A DNA stretch of 64,000 nt from Haliangiales bacterium (GTDB lineage: Bacteria > Myxococcota_A > Polyangia > Haliangiales > Haliangiaceae): NCBI GenBank assembly GCA_038321315.1, contig JBBQEX010000005.1:100097-164096 (forward strand), written 5' to 3'. Below, piece after piece: positions 40,122 through 50,575 of this stretch. The position numbers were made by a program, and so were the translations under genes. How positions within the stretch are numbered: position 1 is the first letter of the stretch; each line of letters opens with the position of its first letter. The notes below the pieces were generated by a model. The model did no database searches, was not told the DNA's origin, and worked only from the letters and a program-made list of their open reading frames with translations.

Positions 40122-41399
40122 GTGGAAGTCGTACGCGGCACGATGGCCGACCGCCCGTGGGGCGCCACGCTCGCAGCCCTTCACCGGCGACGCCACACCG
40201 GCACGCTCACCCTCATGGGTGAGAACGCCGGCATGTTCGTGCTCGCGCTGCGCGACGGCGCGGTGGTCGCCGCGACCTCGCCGGTGCCGGCCGACTCGGC
40301 GGATCGGATCGCCAGCGCGATCGAGTTCAGCGATCCGCTCGAGCTCGCGATCGTCACGCGACGCACGGCGCGCACGTTCGCGGTGGAGGCCGGCACGTTC
40401 GTCGTGACCGACGACGTTCCCGTGGAGACCGACTGCGCGCTCGACCTGCGCGAGGGGATCTATCAGGGCGCGTTGACCCGGATGTCGGATCGCCGGATCG
40501 CCGACGAGCTCGCGGCGTTCGGCGCGCGCTTCGAGCTCCGCGGGGTGGTCGACGCCGAGGCGTTCGGATTCGGCGACACCGATGACCTGTTCACCGTGCT
40601 GCGCGTGCCGCAGAGCATCCGCGAGCTCGAGCCGCGCTTCATCCACCTCGGGGTGCGTCGGCTGCACGCGATCGCGTATTCGCTGCTGTGCTACGGCGTG
40701 TGCGGCGCGACCGAGGCGCCCGCGCTGATCGGCGAGGCGAACCCGAGTCTCGGTCGCTCCAACACGATGCGCGTCGCGGTGCGCGCGCCGACGAGCCCAC
40801 CACCGACTACCGAGGAGCGCGCGCCGACGCGGCCGACACGACCGATCACGCTGCGGGCGACCGCCGACGAACGGCTCGCGAGCGGCACGCTGCCGCCGAG
40901 GACAGTCACGCCGCGCGCGACCGGCACGGTGCCACCTCGCACGCTCACGCCGTCGATCCCGCGCACCGCGACGCCGATCGTCGGGCGCAGCCCGTCGCCG
41001 CAGCGGCCGATCGACGACGCCGCGGTCGCCGCCGCGGCATTTCAGGCCGGGCTCGCATCGCTGCGCAGCGAGAACTTCGATCAGGCCGTCGTCCAGCTGA
41101 CGCGGGCGACCATGCTCGCGCCCGCGCAGCTCGAGTATCCCGCGACGCTCGCGTGGGCGAAGTTCTGCGCGGCCGCCGACAAGCCGAGCGTCGCGACCGA
41201 GACCCGACTCCTGCTCAGCTCGATCGCGTCGCGCGAACCCAAGGTCGCGCGGTTCTATCTCGGACGCATGGAGCGCGCGCTCGGTCGCGATCGCGAGGCG
41301 CTCGCTCACTTTCGCGACGTGCTGAGCAATCAGCCGACCCACGCCGACGCTGCCGCCGAGATCCGGGCGATCGAGGAACGGATGCCGCAGAAGCGTTGA
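40122..41399 (+). CDS. DUF4388-like N-terminal domain protein with a Pro/Thr-rich linker and a TPR-like C-terminus.
   Basis: 425-aa ORF. N-terminus: ..HTGTLTLMGENAGMFVLALRDGAVVAA... A low-complexity PPRTVTPRATGTVPPRTLTP linker follows. C-terminus: ..FYLGRMERALGRDREALAHFRDVL.. Confidence 0.45.
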   Translation: MEVVRGTMADRPWGATLAALHRRRHTGTLTLMGENAGMFVLALRDGAVVAATSPVPADSADRIASAIEFSDPLELAIVTRRTARTFAVEAGTFVVTDDVPVETDCALDLREGIYQGALTRMSDRRIADELAAFGARFELRGVVDAEAFGFGDTDDLFTVLRVPQSIRELEPRFIHLGVRRLHAIAYSLLCYGVCGATEAPALIGEANPSLGRSNTMRVAVRAPTSPPPTTEERAPTRPTRPITLRATADERLASGTLPPRTVTPRATGTVPPRTLTPSIPRTATPIVGRSPSPQRPIDDAAVAAAAFQAGLASLRSENFDQAVVQLTRATMLAPAQLEYPATLAWAKFCAAADKPSVATETRLLLSSIASREPKVARFYLGRMERALGRDREALAHFRDVLSNQPTHADAAAEIRAIEERMPQKR

Positions 41400-41465
41400 C
41401 GCTGTACATCGCGTCAGCCGGCTCACAGACCTTGCATTCCGGTTTTCTCGACACTTGCTTCACAA

Positions 41466-44400
41466 TTGATCTGGATGTCGACGCCACGAAGCCTGGCGTT
41501 TGCCCCGGCTCTGCCCGAGCAGCACTTCACCGGCAGTGGTCGGTTCGAGCTGCGCCGCGTCCTTGGCGAAGGCTCGATGGGCATCGTCTACGAGGCGTTC
41601 GACCACGAGCGCAACATGGTCGTCGCGTTGAAGACGGTGCGGCGGCTCGATGCCCAGGCGCTGTACCGGCTGAAGACCGAGTTCCGCGTTCGCGTCGATC
41701 TCGAGCACCGCAACCTCGTGCGGCTCGGCGAGTTGCTGCACGACGACGGCGACTGGTTCTTCACGATGGAGCTCGTCGAGGGGTGGCCGTTCCTCGAATG
41801 GGTGCGCGCCGGCTCCGGCGACGCCGAGGATCACGGCACGCCCGACAGTCGCCTGCGCGACGCGATCCGCCAGCTGTCGGCGGGCCTCGAGGTCCTGCAT
41901 CGCGCCGGCAACGTGCACCGCGATCTCAAGCCGTCGAACATCCTCGTCACGCGCAAGGGCCGCGTCGTCGTGCTCGACTTCGGGCTCGTCGGCGAGGCCG
42001 CGCCGGACCGCCGGAGCGCGGGGCTCGACGTCGTCGGCACCGCCGCGTACATGGCGCCCGAACAGGCGCGATCGTCGTCGGTCGGGCCGCCCGCCGACCT
42101 CTACTCGATGGGCGTCATGATGTACGAGGCGATCGGTGGTCGCCTGCCGTTCGATGGCCAACCGCTCGAGATCCTGACGCGCAAGCAGAACGAGGATCCG
42201 TTGCCGCCGCTCGTCGGCGTCGCGCCGACCGAGCTGTCGACGCTGTGCATGGAGTTGCTGCGCCGCCGCCCGCAGGATCGACCGACCACGACGGCGATCA
42301 TCGCGCGGCTCTCGCAGCGCGCGGTCACCGAGTCGGAGAAGCCGCCGCCGTTCGTCGGTCGGTCACCCGAGCTCGCGCGCCTCGATGCCGCGCTCGATCA
42401 GGTCACCAACGGGCAGGCGAGCACGGTGTTCGTCGAGGGCGAGTCCGGCATCGGCAAGACCGCGCTCGTCCGCAGCTTCGTCGATCGCGTTCACGAGCAA
42501 CGCCCCGGCGTGCTCGCACTCTACGGTCGCTGCTACGAGCGCGAGTCGGTGCCGTTCAAGGGCCTCGACAACGTGGTCGACGCGCTCGCGCACGACCTCA
42601 TGCGCCGCCACCCGGTCGACGTCGCGCTTCACATGAGCAACGACATCGACGCGCTCGCCCGCGTGTTCCCGGTGCTGCGTCGCGTGCCAGCGATCGCCCG
42701 GCTCACGGTGCCGCGCCCGGCATCGCCCGTCGAGCTGCGGGCGCGCGCGTTTCGCGGGCTGCGCGCGCTGCTCGCGTCGCTCGCGACCACGCAGACGATC
42801 GTCGTCGTGATCGACGACCTCCAGTGGGCCGACTCCGACTCGATCGCGTTGCTCCGCGAGATCCTGCACCCGCCGAACGCGCCGCGGATCCTGCTCATCA
42901 TCACGCGCCGGGGCGATGCCGGCCCGCGGCCCGAGCTGCCGGGCTCGGTCGAGGCGATCCCGATCGGCCGCCTGTCGGTGGAGGAGGGCCGCGAGCTGAT
43001 CAACCTGCTGACGCCGGGTCGCTCGGATGCCGACGCGCTGGTCGCCGACGCCGACGGCCACCCGATGTTCATGCACGAGCTCGTGCGCCACTCGGGCACG
43101 CCGCTCGCGGCCTCGCGGTTCGACAACGCGCTGTGGGCGCGCATCACGCGCATGGAGCACCGCGCGCGTCGCGTGCTCGAGCTGATCTCGGTCGCCGGCG
43201 CGCCGTTGCCGCAGGGCGTGATCGGGCAGGCCCTCGAGCTTTCGCCGCGCCGGCTCACCAAGGTGCTCGACACGCTGCGCTCGACGTCGCTCGTGCGCAC
43301 CGGCGGTACGCGCAGCAACGATCCGGTCGAGCCGTACCACGACCGCGTCCGCGAGGCGGTGGTCGCGCGCGTGCCCGAGCCACGCCGCCGCCGCTATCAC
43401 CAGCGACTCGCGACCGTGTTGCTCAGCAGCACGAGCTCGAACAAGGATCCGCTCACGATCGTCCGCCACGTCGAGGCGGCCGGCGATGCGAACCACGCCG
43501 GCGAGCTCGCGATCCAGGCCGCGCGGCGGGCCGAGGAGGCGCTCGCGTTCGAGCTCGTCGCCGCGTTGCTCGAGGTCGCGCTCCGGCTGGCGACGCTCGA
43601 CGCCGAGACCCGACGCGAGCTGCTGCTGCGGCGCGCGCAGGCCCTCAGCTACGCCGGTCGCGGCCCCGAGTCGGCCACCGCGTTCCTCGCCGCGGCCGCG
43701 GGCGCCGACGGCGAGACCGGCTTTCAGTGCCGGCGCAAGGCGGCCCACGAGCTGCTCGTCAGCGGGCACATCCACGATGGCCTCGCGCTCCTCCGCTCGG
43801 TGCTCGCCGAGATCGGCGAGGATCTCCCTCGCTCGACCGGCGCGGCGAAGCGCCAGCTGGTGTGGCGCTGGATCAAGATCGCCATCCGCGGCACGCGGTT
43901 CCAGACCCGCACGCTCGATGTCAAGGCGAGCATGGACGAGCTCCGGCTCGACGTGATGCGCAGCGCGTCGCTCGGGCTGTCGATGGTCGACGTGCTGCCG
44001 GGCGCGGCGTTCCAGGCGGGCGCGGTGCTCGTCGCGCTCCGGCTCGGTGATCGCCATCGCGTCGCGTACGCGCTGTGCTTCCACGCGATGTACGTCGCGG
44101 CGAGCGGGACCCGCGTGCGCGCGGCACGGGCGTTCGTCGCGCAGGCGCGCGGCCTCGCGCACGAGCTCGACAACCCGCTGCTGCTCGGCTGGACGCGCGC
44201 GGGCGAGGGCATCATCGAGTTCTTCGCCGGCCACTACGTCGCCGCGCTCGCGACGCTCGACGAGGCCGAGACGTACCTCAGCGAGCAGACCGTGGGCAGC
44301 TCCGCAGAGCTCAACCACATCCGCAACTTCATGATGTTCGCGTTGCGGCGCATGGGGAACTACGACGAGCTGCGCGCTCGCCTGGTCGACTACGTGCGCG

Positions 44401-45053
44401 ACGCGAACCGCCGCGGCGATCGCTACGCCGCGACCTCGTTCGTGTGGTCGTCGAACGTGGTCTGGCTCGTGGCCGACGATGTCGCGCGCGCGCGCAGCGA
44501 TCTCGCGTCGGTCGTGTGGTCGCGTATCGAGGACGGTCTCCACCTGCAGCACTGGTTCCACGTTCGCGCGCAGGCCGAGCTCGCGATGTACGAGGACGAT
44601 CGTGCGCGGATCGAGGAGCTCGTTCCCCAGCTGCGCGCGTTCCTCGGGCCCGCGTTCGCGCACGTCGAGGCGGTCGCGACCGAGACGCGATTCCAGCTCG
44701 GTCGCGTCGCGATCCGCAACGGCGATGCCGCGCTCGCGCGCAAAGAGGTCGCCGCGCTGGCTCACCTGAAGGTGGGCTACGTCCGCGCGTTCGTGAGGCT
44801 GATCCACGCCGCGGCGTTCGTGCTCGAGGGCCGGACCCGCGACGCGCGCGAGGCGCTCGCCGGCGCGATCGCCGACGCCGAGAGCACGCAGATGACGACG
44901 CTCGTCGCGCAGGCTCGCCGCCGGTTTGCCGAGCTCGGCGGCGATGTCCAGGAGATCGCCGCCGCCGATGCCGTGCTGTCGGCGCGCGGCATCGTCGATC
45001 CCGATCGCTTCCTGCGGATCTTCGCGACCTGGCCGACTATGGCTTCGTCGTGA
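41466..45053 (+). CDS. Ser/Thr protein kinase fused to an AAA/NACHT-like NTPase and a TPR region (STAND-type signalling protein).
   Basis: 1195 aa. Kinase domain: LGEGSMGIVYEA, HRDLKPSNILV, DFG and APE motifs. P-loop: VFVEGESGIGKTALV, followed by Walker B VVIDDLQWAD. About 500 aa of helical repeats follow. Confidence 0.8.
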   Translation: MIWMSTPRSLAFAPALPEQHFTGSGRFELRRVLGEGSMGIVYEAFDHERNMVVALKTVRRLDAQALYRLKTEFRVRVDLEHRNLVRLGELLHDDGDWFFTMELVEGWPFLEWVRAGSGDAEDHGTPDSRLRDAIRQLSAGLEVLHRAGNVHRDLKPSNILVTRKGRVVVLDFGLVGEAAPDRRSAGLDVVGTAAYMAPEQARSSSVGPPADLYSMGVMMYEAIGGRLPFDGQPLEILTRKQNEDPLPPLVGVAPTELSTLCMELLRRRPQDRPTTTAIIARLSQRAVTESEKPPPFVGRSPELARLDAALDQVTNGQASTVFVEGESGIGKTALVRSFVDRVHEQRPGVLALYGRCYERESVPFKGLDNVVDALAHDLMRRHPVDVALHMSNDIDALARVFPVLRRVPAIARLTVPRPASPVELRARAFRGLRALLASLATTQTIVVVIDDLQWADSDSIALLREILHPPNAPRILLIITRRGDAGPRPELPGSVEAIPIGRLSVEEGRELINLLTPGRSDADALVADADGHPMFMHELVRHSGTPLAASRFDNALWARITRMEHRARRVLELISVAGAPLPQGVIGQALELSPRRLTKVLDTLRSTSLVRTGGTRSNDPVEPYHDRVREAVVARVPEPRRRRYHQRLATVLLSSTSSNKDPLTIVRHVEAAGDANHAGELAIQAARRAEEALAFELVAALLEVALRLATLDAETRRELLLRRAQALSYAGRGPESATAFLAAAAGADGETGFQCRRKAAHELLVSGHIHDGLALLRSVLAEIGEDLPRSTGAAKRQLVWRWIKIAIRGTRFQTRTLDVKASMDELRLDVMRSASLGLSMVDVLPGAAFQAGAVLVALRLGDRHRVAYALCFHAMYVAASGTRVRAARAFVAQARGLAHELDNPLLLGWTRAGEGIIEFFAGHYVAALATLDEAETYLSEQTVGSSAELNHIRNFMMFALRRMGNYDELRARLVDYVRDANRRGDRYAATSFVWSSNVVWLVADDVARARSDLASVVWSRIEDGLHLQHWFHVRAQAELAMYEDDRARIEELVPQLRAFLGPAFAHVEAVATETRFQLGRVAIRNGDAALARKEVAALAHLKVGYVRAFVRLIHAAAFVLEGRTRDAREALAGAIADAESTQMTTLVAQARRRFAELGGDVQEIAAADAVLSARGIVDPDRFLRIFATWPTMASS

Positions 45054-45729
45054 TCGGTACGACCGCGGCGCTCGGCTTCGATAGCCGGCCGAACTGATCG
45101 ACGTACACGAACGTCATCGTCTCGCCGAGGCGCGGCACGTCGAGGCCGCTCGGGTTGAACCCGCAGTGGCCCGGATCGGCGTACGTGACGATCGCCCTGG
45201 CGGCGCGATCGTCGATCGCGGCGAACTCGATCGCGAGCGACTTCTTGTCGCGCACGACGTAGCCGATGATCGCGACCGCGCGGTCGGGGATCTTGGCCGA
45301 CAGCGCGGCGGTGACGGTCCGGCCGTCACCCCAGCGACTCGGGCGGCCCGTGATCGCCAGCGAGCTGACTGCGGGCGCGTCGAGCGCGAACGCGGCAGGC
45401 CTGGGATCGCGCTTGAACTTCGCGATCGACTTGCCCTTGGCATCCGCGATCGCGAGGTCGGCGGCGAGCGGCGTCTTCGGGCGGTGGACGACGAGCGACG
45501 GCGCGAGCGTCTCGGCGACCATCGGGGTCGAGAACGTCCACTTCGGGTGCGCCGGATCGTCGTTCGGCTCGCCGTTCACGATCTGCTTCCAGCCGACGAG
45601 CACGCCGCCGTCGGGTGGCAACGCCGCGGTGGTCGGGGTCAGCAGGGCGGCGCCGAGGTCGACGCGCATGCAGTCGGCGTCGGCAGTGGGGACCGCGAGG
45701 GTGAGACCAACGACGGCGAGGAGCTTCAC
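45037..45729 (-). CDS. Secreted hypothetical protein.
   Basis: GTG start VKLLAVVGLTLAVPTADADC (signal peptide), 230 aa. It converges on and overlaps the kinase gene by 17 nt. The rest of the 631-aa ORF upstream belongs to the broken GST-like gene. Confidence 0.45.
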   Translation of the reverse strand: MKLLAVVGLTLAVPTADADCMRVDLGAALLTPTTAALPPDGGVLVGWKQIVNGEPNDDPAHPKWTFSTPMVAETLAPSLVVHRPKTPLAADLAIADAKGKSIAKFKRDPRPAAFALDAPAVSSLAITGRPSRWGDGRTVTAALSAKIPDRAVAIIGYVVRDKKSLAIEFAAIDDRAARAIVTYADPGHCGFNPSGLDVPRLGETMTFVYVDQFGRLSKPSAAVVPITTKP

Positions 45730-45736
45730 GCCGCGA

Positions 45737-46436
45737 TCATGACGCGACGGGAGCCCGCGGTCGATGACTGTCGTACAGGGCATCGCGCCAGGCGACCAGG
45801 TCGGCAAACTCGCGGGCGCGCGCCGGATTGGTGAAGCTGCGCCGGCTGGCGCGTCCGCGAAAGCCGGAGGCGACACGAACGCGAGCACCTGTGCGGCCGC
45901 GATGTCGGCGAAGCTCAGCGCGCCGAGCAGCGTCGGGCGGGTGGCCGCGGCGCGCAGCTCGGCGAGGGCGGCATCGAGCACGCGCCGCGATCGGCGCCGT
46001 ACTTGCGCAGCGTGCGGCGGACGCCGGCGGCAGCGATCCGCGGCCCGATCGCCGAGGCGCGAAGCCGGCGGGGGACCATCTCTCGCAGCGCATCGTCTTC
46101 GTCGAGCACCCGCTGCAACGAGGTCGCGCGACCCGCCGCGATGGCCGTCGATCCCGTGCGCGATCGCGGCAGCGTGCTCGGGTGGAAACAGGCGCGGCCC
46201 ATCGCCGCGGGTGTCGGCGAAGCGCGCGATGTCGGCGGAGTCGGCGTGGACCGTGCCTCGGTCGTCGGTGAACACCGGCACGGTCACCGGGCCGGTCCAC
46301 CGCCGCGTCTTCCAGCGCAGGGCGGGCTCGCCGATCAGCGGCTGATACAGGCGGAAGCGAAACGCGACGTGGCGAACCTCGAGGCCAAGCGCGCCTTCTC
46401 GGACCACGGCGAGTACGGCAGGCCGAGGAGCTCCAT
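45737..46436 (-). pseudogene. Glutathione S-transferase-like gene split over three frames.
   Basis: N-terminus MELLGLPYSPWSEKARLA (frame 1), then ..LGLEVRHVAF..RWTGPVTVPVFTDDRGTVHADSADIARFADTRGDGPRLFPPEHAAAIA (frame A), then ..SLQRVLDEDDALREMVPRRLRA..RRTLRKYGAD (frame C), then RRVLDAALAELRAAATRPTLLGALSFADIAAAQVLAFV (frame A), then ..EFADLVAWRDALYDSHRP* (frame B). The junctions coincide with 1-nt losses in G/C runs. Confidence 0.5.
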
Positions 46437-46459
46437 GGCGTCTTCTTACCAGCTCGGGC

Positions 46460-47965
46460 ATGCTGCCGCGCATGCGGCTAGGGATCGATTTCGGCACCAC
46501 GCGGACCGTGGTCGCCGCGGTGGACGATGGGAGGCATCCGCTCGTCGCGTTCGACGACGGCGGTGAGTTTCGCGAATACATCCCGGGTGCCGCGGCGATG
46601 CGCGACGGCGAGTTGCTCGTCGGGTGGGCCGCGTCGCGCGCGATCACCGACGGCAGCGCGACGCACGCGATCCGCTCGATCAAGCGCGTGCTCGGCACGC
46701 TCGCGCCCGACGCGCCGGTCGCCGAGCTGCCGGGGCTGACCGCGCTCGAGCTCCTGACCGCGTTCCTGCGCGACCTGCGGGGGGCGCTCGTCGAGCGCTC
46801 GAACCTCGATCTCGACGACGACGAGCCTCTCGAGGCGATGGTCGCGGTGCCGGCCAGCGCACCGTCGCGCCAGCGCTGGCTGACGCTCGAGGCGTTCCGG
46901 CGCGCCGGGTTCGCGCCACTCGGCATGCTCAACGAGCCGACCGCGGCGGCCGTCGAGTTCGCGCACCGCCACCTCGGCGAGGCCGGGCGCGCGACGTCGA
47001 AGAGCCCGAAGCGCTACGTCGTGGTCTACGACCTCGGCGGCGGCACGTTCGACACCTCGGCGGTCTCGCTCGAGGGCCGGCGGTTCGAGCTGATCGCGTC
47101 GGAGGGTCTCGCGCAGCTCGGCGGCGACGACTTCGACCAGCTCGTCCTCGAGGTCGCGGGCGTGCCGGCGACGCCGAGCGCCCTCGAGCGCGCCCGCGAG
47201 GCCAAGGAGTCCTTGCGGCCGACGACGCGCAAGCTGCTCCTCGATCTCGGAGGCGGCGCCGAGCCGATCTCGATCGACGTCGCCGAGCTCTACACCCGCG
47301 CCCAGCCGCTGATCGATCAGACGCTCGTGCAGCTCGACCTGCTGTTCGATCGGCTGCGCGAGCGCGGCATCGATCCCGAGGACGCCCGCGAGCTCGGCGG
47401 CATCTATCTCGTCGGCGGGGGCGCCGCGTTTCCCGCGGTCGCGCGGACGCTGCGCGCGCGGTTCGCCAAGAAGCTGCAGCTCGCCCCGCAGCCGTTCGCG
47501 TCGCCCGCGATCGGCCTCGCGATCGCGGCCGATCCGACCGCCCACGTGCTGATCCGCGAGGCGATCACGCGCCACTTCGGCGTGTGGCGCGAGGGTGCCG
47601 CCGGCACCGACAAGATCTTCGACTCGATCATCGGCAAGAACAGCACCGGCGACATCGTCCGGCGGCGCTATCGCCCGACGCACGCCGTCGGTCACCTGCG
47701 CTTCCTCGAGTGCGGTGCGCTCGATGCCGGCGGCCAGCCGGTCCAGGACCTCGTCCCGTGTACCGACGTCTACTTTCCGTACGACCCGGCGCTCGCCGAC
47801 TCCGACGAGCTCGCCGCGGTGCCGAACCTGCGTCGCACGGACCTCATGACCAACGAGATCGCCGAGACCTATACCTACGCGGCCGACGGCACGATCTCGG
47901 TTCACATCGAGAATGTCTCGCGCGGGTACGGGCGCACGTTCACGCTCGGCGCACTGCCGCGGTAG
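46460..47965 (+). CDS. Hsp70/actin-fold ATPase (DnaK nucleotide-binding-domain-like, YegD-type) without a canonical substrate-binding domain.
   Basis: [17 protein letters not shown] (phosphate-1), [15 protein letters not shown] (phosphate-2), [21 protein letters not shown] (adenosine motif). 501 aa. Confidence 0.7.
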   Translation: MLPRMRLGIDFGTTRTVVAAVDDGRHPLVAFDDGGEFREYIPGAAAMRDGELLVGWAASRAITDGSATHAIRSIKRVLGTLAPDAPVAELPGLTALELLTAFLRDLRGALVERSNLDLDDDEPLEAMVAVPASAPSRQRWLTLEAFRRAGFAPLGMLNEPTAAAVEFAHRHLGEAGRATSKSPKRYVVVYDLGGGTFDTSAVSLEGRRFELIASEGLAQLGGDDFDQLVLEVAGVPATPSALERAREAKESLRPTTRKLLLDLGGGAEPISIDVAELYTRAQPLIDQTLVQLDLLFDRLRERGIDPEDARELGGIYLVGGGAAFPAVARTLRARFAKKLQLAPQPFASPAIGLAIAADPTAHVLIREAITRHFGVWREGAAGTDKIFDSIIGKNSTGDIVRRRYRPTHAVGHLRFLECGALDAGGQPVQDLVPCTDVYFPYDPALADSDELAAVPNLRRTDLMTNEIAETYTYAADGTISVHIENVSRGYGRTFTLGALPR

Positions 47966-47973
47966 GCTGCCGC

Positions 47974-48387
<414 letters not shown>

Positions 48388-48397
48388 GTCAGACGAG

Positions 48398-49306
48398 TCA
48401 GGCGCTCGCGGCGAGCTGCTCGAGCAGCTTCTTGCAGTCGGCGTAGACCTCGGGCATGTCGCGCGGCTCGTCGAGCACCGCGACGAGCTCGGTGGCGTCG
48501 AGCAGCCGCGCGGCCTGGCACCAGCCCGGCGGCAGGTCGCCCCCGGCGGCGCGATAGCCGCGCTCGAACTCGGCGCGAAACGTCGCGTCGTGGCGGCGGC
48601 CGTAGCGGAACAAGCTGCCGATGTCCGCGAGCGGCGAGCTGGTCGACGTCGCCTCCCAGTCGATCACGCCGCTGATCTGCCAGCGGTTGTCGGCGCGCGC
48701 CGCGAGGATGTTGCGATGGTTGAGATCGCCGTGCGACAGGCACACCGCGCCGAACGCCATCTCGGGCTCGGCGGCCTCGAGCATGCGGCGGACGCGATCG
48801 CAGAGCGCGACGCCGATCCGCTCCGCGGCGCGACCACCGGCGAGCTGGGTGTACGCGCGATCGAGGATCGGCGTCAGCTCGTAGGGCGCCTCGGCATCGG
48901 TGCGCGCGAGGTTCGCGAGCACGCCACCGAGCGGCTCGGCGAGCGCCGCGAACGCGTCCTTGTGGCCGCCGGTCCGCAGCTGGTGCAGCGTGACGCCGAC
49001 GATCCAGCGGTAGACGATGACCTGCCGTGCCTCGTCGACGTGGACGATCTCGGGGACCGGGATGGTGCCGTGCAACAGCGTCAGGGTGGTCAGCTCGGTC
49101 TCGAACCACTGGCGGCCGCCGGCGTAGTGCTTGACGCCGAGGCTGTCGCCGCGGGAGAGCGCGACCTTGTGGATCGTGTTGGTCAGCCCGCCGTCGATCC
49201 GCTCGATGCCGACGATCGGCTCGCCGACGATCTCGGCGAGCTCCGCGGGATCGACGGCGATGAGCGGGAACACGCGCACCGCCGTCTGCGTCGTGTCGAT
49301 GCCCAC
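48398..49306 (-). CDS. Aminoglycoside/choline-kinase-type phosphotransferase (APH family).
   Basis: GTG start, 302 aa. The Brenner motif HGDLNHRNIL and the VIDWE motif are present. Confidence 0.65.
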   Translation of the reverse strand: MGIDTTQTAVRVFPLIAVDPAELAEIVGEPIVGIERIDGGLTNTIHKVALSRGDSLGVKHYAGGRQWFETELTTLTLLHGTIPVPEIVHVDEARQVIVYRWIVGVTLHQLRTGGHKDAFAALAEPLGGVLANLARTDAEAPYELTPILDRAYTQLAGGRAAERIGVALCDRVRRMLEAAEPEMAFGAVCLSHGDLNHRNILAARADNRWQISGVIDWEATSTSSPLADIGSLFRYGRRHDATFRAEFERGYRAAGGDLPPGWCQAARLLDATELVAVLDEPRDMPEVYADCKKLLEQLAASA

Positions 49307-49370
49307 GCGATCAGGATATCGCGTTGCCTACCTCGCGTGGAGGCAGTCGTTCGACGTACCGTGGACGGCG

Positions 49371-50558
49371 GTGTTGTCTCGCAAGCGGTCCTGGGCCATC
49401 GCGGCGGTCGCGATGCTCACGATGACGGTCAGCTACGTCGATCGCGCGACCCTCGCGGTGCTCGCGCCGTCGGTGACCAAGGCGCTCGACATCTCGGAGT
49501 CGGCCTACGGCTGGCTGACCTCGGCGTTCTCGATCGCCTACCTGTTCGCGACGCCGCTGTCGGGGTGGTGGATCGGTCGCGCCGGCGCGCGTCGCGGGCT
49601 GCTCGCGTCGGTGCTGGTGTGGTCCGGGATCGCGGCGATGCACGCGCTCGTGCCCGGGTTCGGCGTGCTGTTCGCGCTGCGGATCATGCTCGGCATCGCC
49701 GAGGGCCCGAGCTTCCCCGGCGCGACGCAGACGATGTACCGCGTGCTCGGGCCCGCCGATCGTTCGCGTGGGTTCGGCATGTTGTTCACCGGTTCGTCGA
49801 TCGGCAGCATGATCGCGCCACCGCTCGCCGGCCTCCTGTTCGGGCTCGCCGGCTGGCGCACCGCGTTCCTCGCCACCGCGGCGATCGGGCTCGTGTGGAT
49901 CCCGATCTGGCTCGTCGTGACCGGCGGGCGCGCCGCCGCGCAGCTCGACGGCGTCACGCACGAGCGACCGCGCGAGCGACCGGCGTTCGGCGTGATCGCG
50001 CGGCACCCGATGATGATCCGCGCGTTCGTCTCGATCCTCGCGATCGCACCCGCGGTCAACGTGTTCGCGGCGTGGGGCTCGAAGTACCTCGTGCGGCGCT
50101 TCGACATCCACCAGGAGGACGTCGGGCACTACCTGTGGGTGCCACCACTCTGCCTCGACGTCGGCGCGCTCCTGTTCGGCGATCTCGTCGCGCGCACCGG
50201 GCGACCGCGCGCGCTGTACGTGGTCGCCGCGCTGATGACGATGACCCTCGGGCTGCTCCCGTTCGTCGAGACGCCGTGGCAGGCGATGGCGGTGCTCGGG
50301 GTCACGGTCGGCGGCGGTGGCGCGGTCTACACGATCACGACCGCCGATATGCTCGGACGCATGCCGCCCGAGGCGGTGTCGGTCGCCGGCGGCCTGATCG
50401 TCACCGCGCAGTCGATCGCGCTGATCGTCGCGAACCCGCTGGTCGGGCGCGCGGTCGACTACTACGGCAACTACGATGGGGTCGCGATCGTCGTCGGCCT
50501 GTGGGTGCTTCCGGGGACGCTGCTGTGGCTCCTGTGGCGGCCGTCGACGCTCACCTGA
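49371..50558 (+). CDS. MFS transporter (anion:cation symporter-like).
   Basis: ..SRKRSWAIAAVAMLTMTVSYVDRATLAVLAPSV.. is typical of the MFS N-terminus (..NYLDRTNLSVAAP..), followed by 12 predicted TM segments. The start is uncertain: an ATG near 49296 would overlap the divergent APH start, so I prefer the GTG near 49371. Confidence 0.65.
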   Translation: MLSRKRSWAIAAVAMLTMTVSYVDRATLAVLAPSVTKALDISESAYGWLTSAFSIAYLFATPLSGWWIGRAGARRGLLASVLVWSGIAAMHALVPGFGVLFALRIMLGIAEGPSFPGATQTMYRVLGPADRSRGFGMLFTGSSIGSMIAPPLAGLLFGLAGWRTAFLATAAIGLVWIPIWLVVTGGRAAAQLDGVTHERPRERPAFGVIARHPMMIRAFVSILAIAPAVNVFAAWGSKYLVRRFDIHQEDVGHYLWVPPLCLDVGALLFGDLVARTGRPRALYVVAALMTMTLGLLPFVETPWQAMAVLGVTVGGGGAVYTITTADMLGRMPPEAVSVAGGLIVTAQSIALIVANPLVGRAVDYYGNYDGVAIVVGLWVLPGTLLWLLWRPSTLT

Positions 50559-50575
50559 AGCGTGTCATGCTCGGG

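Noticed and set aside
41400-41465. Possible sigma-54 promoter upstream of the kinase-NTPase gene (ccGGttttctcgacacttGCtt)
   Set aside because: The GG-to-GC spacing is 14 nt, not the canonical 10. I left it uncalled.
42363-44807. 814-aa minus-strand ORF and the other long ORFs antisense to the kinase-NTPase gene (41460..42161, 42629..43318, 43724..44215)
   Set aside because: Low-complexity sequence with no motifs. They overlap a strongly supported 1195-aa gene.
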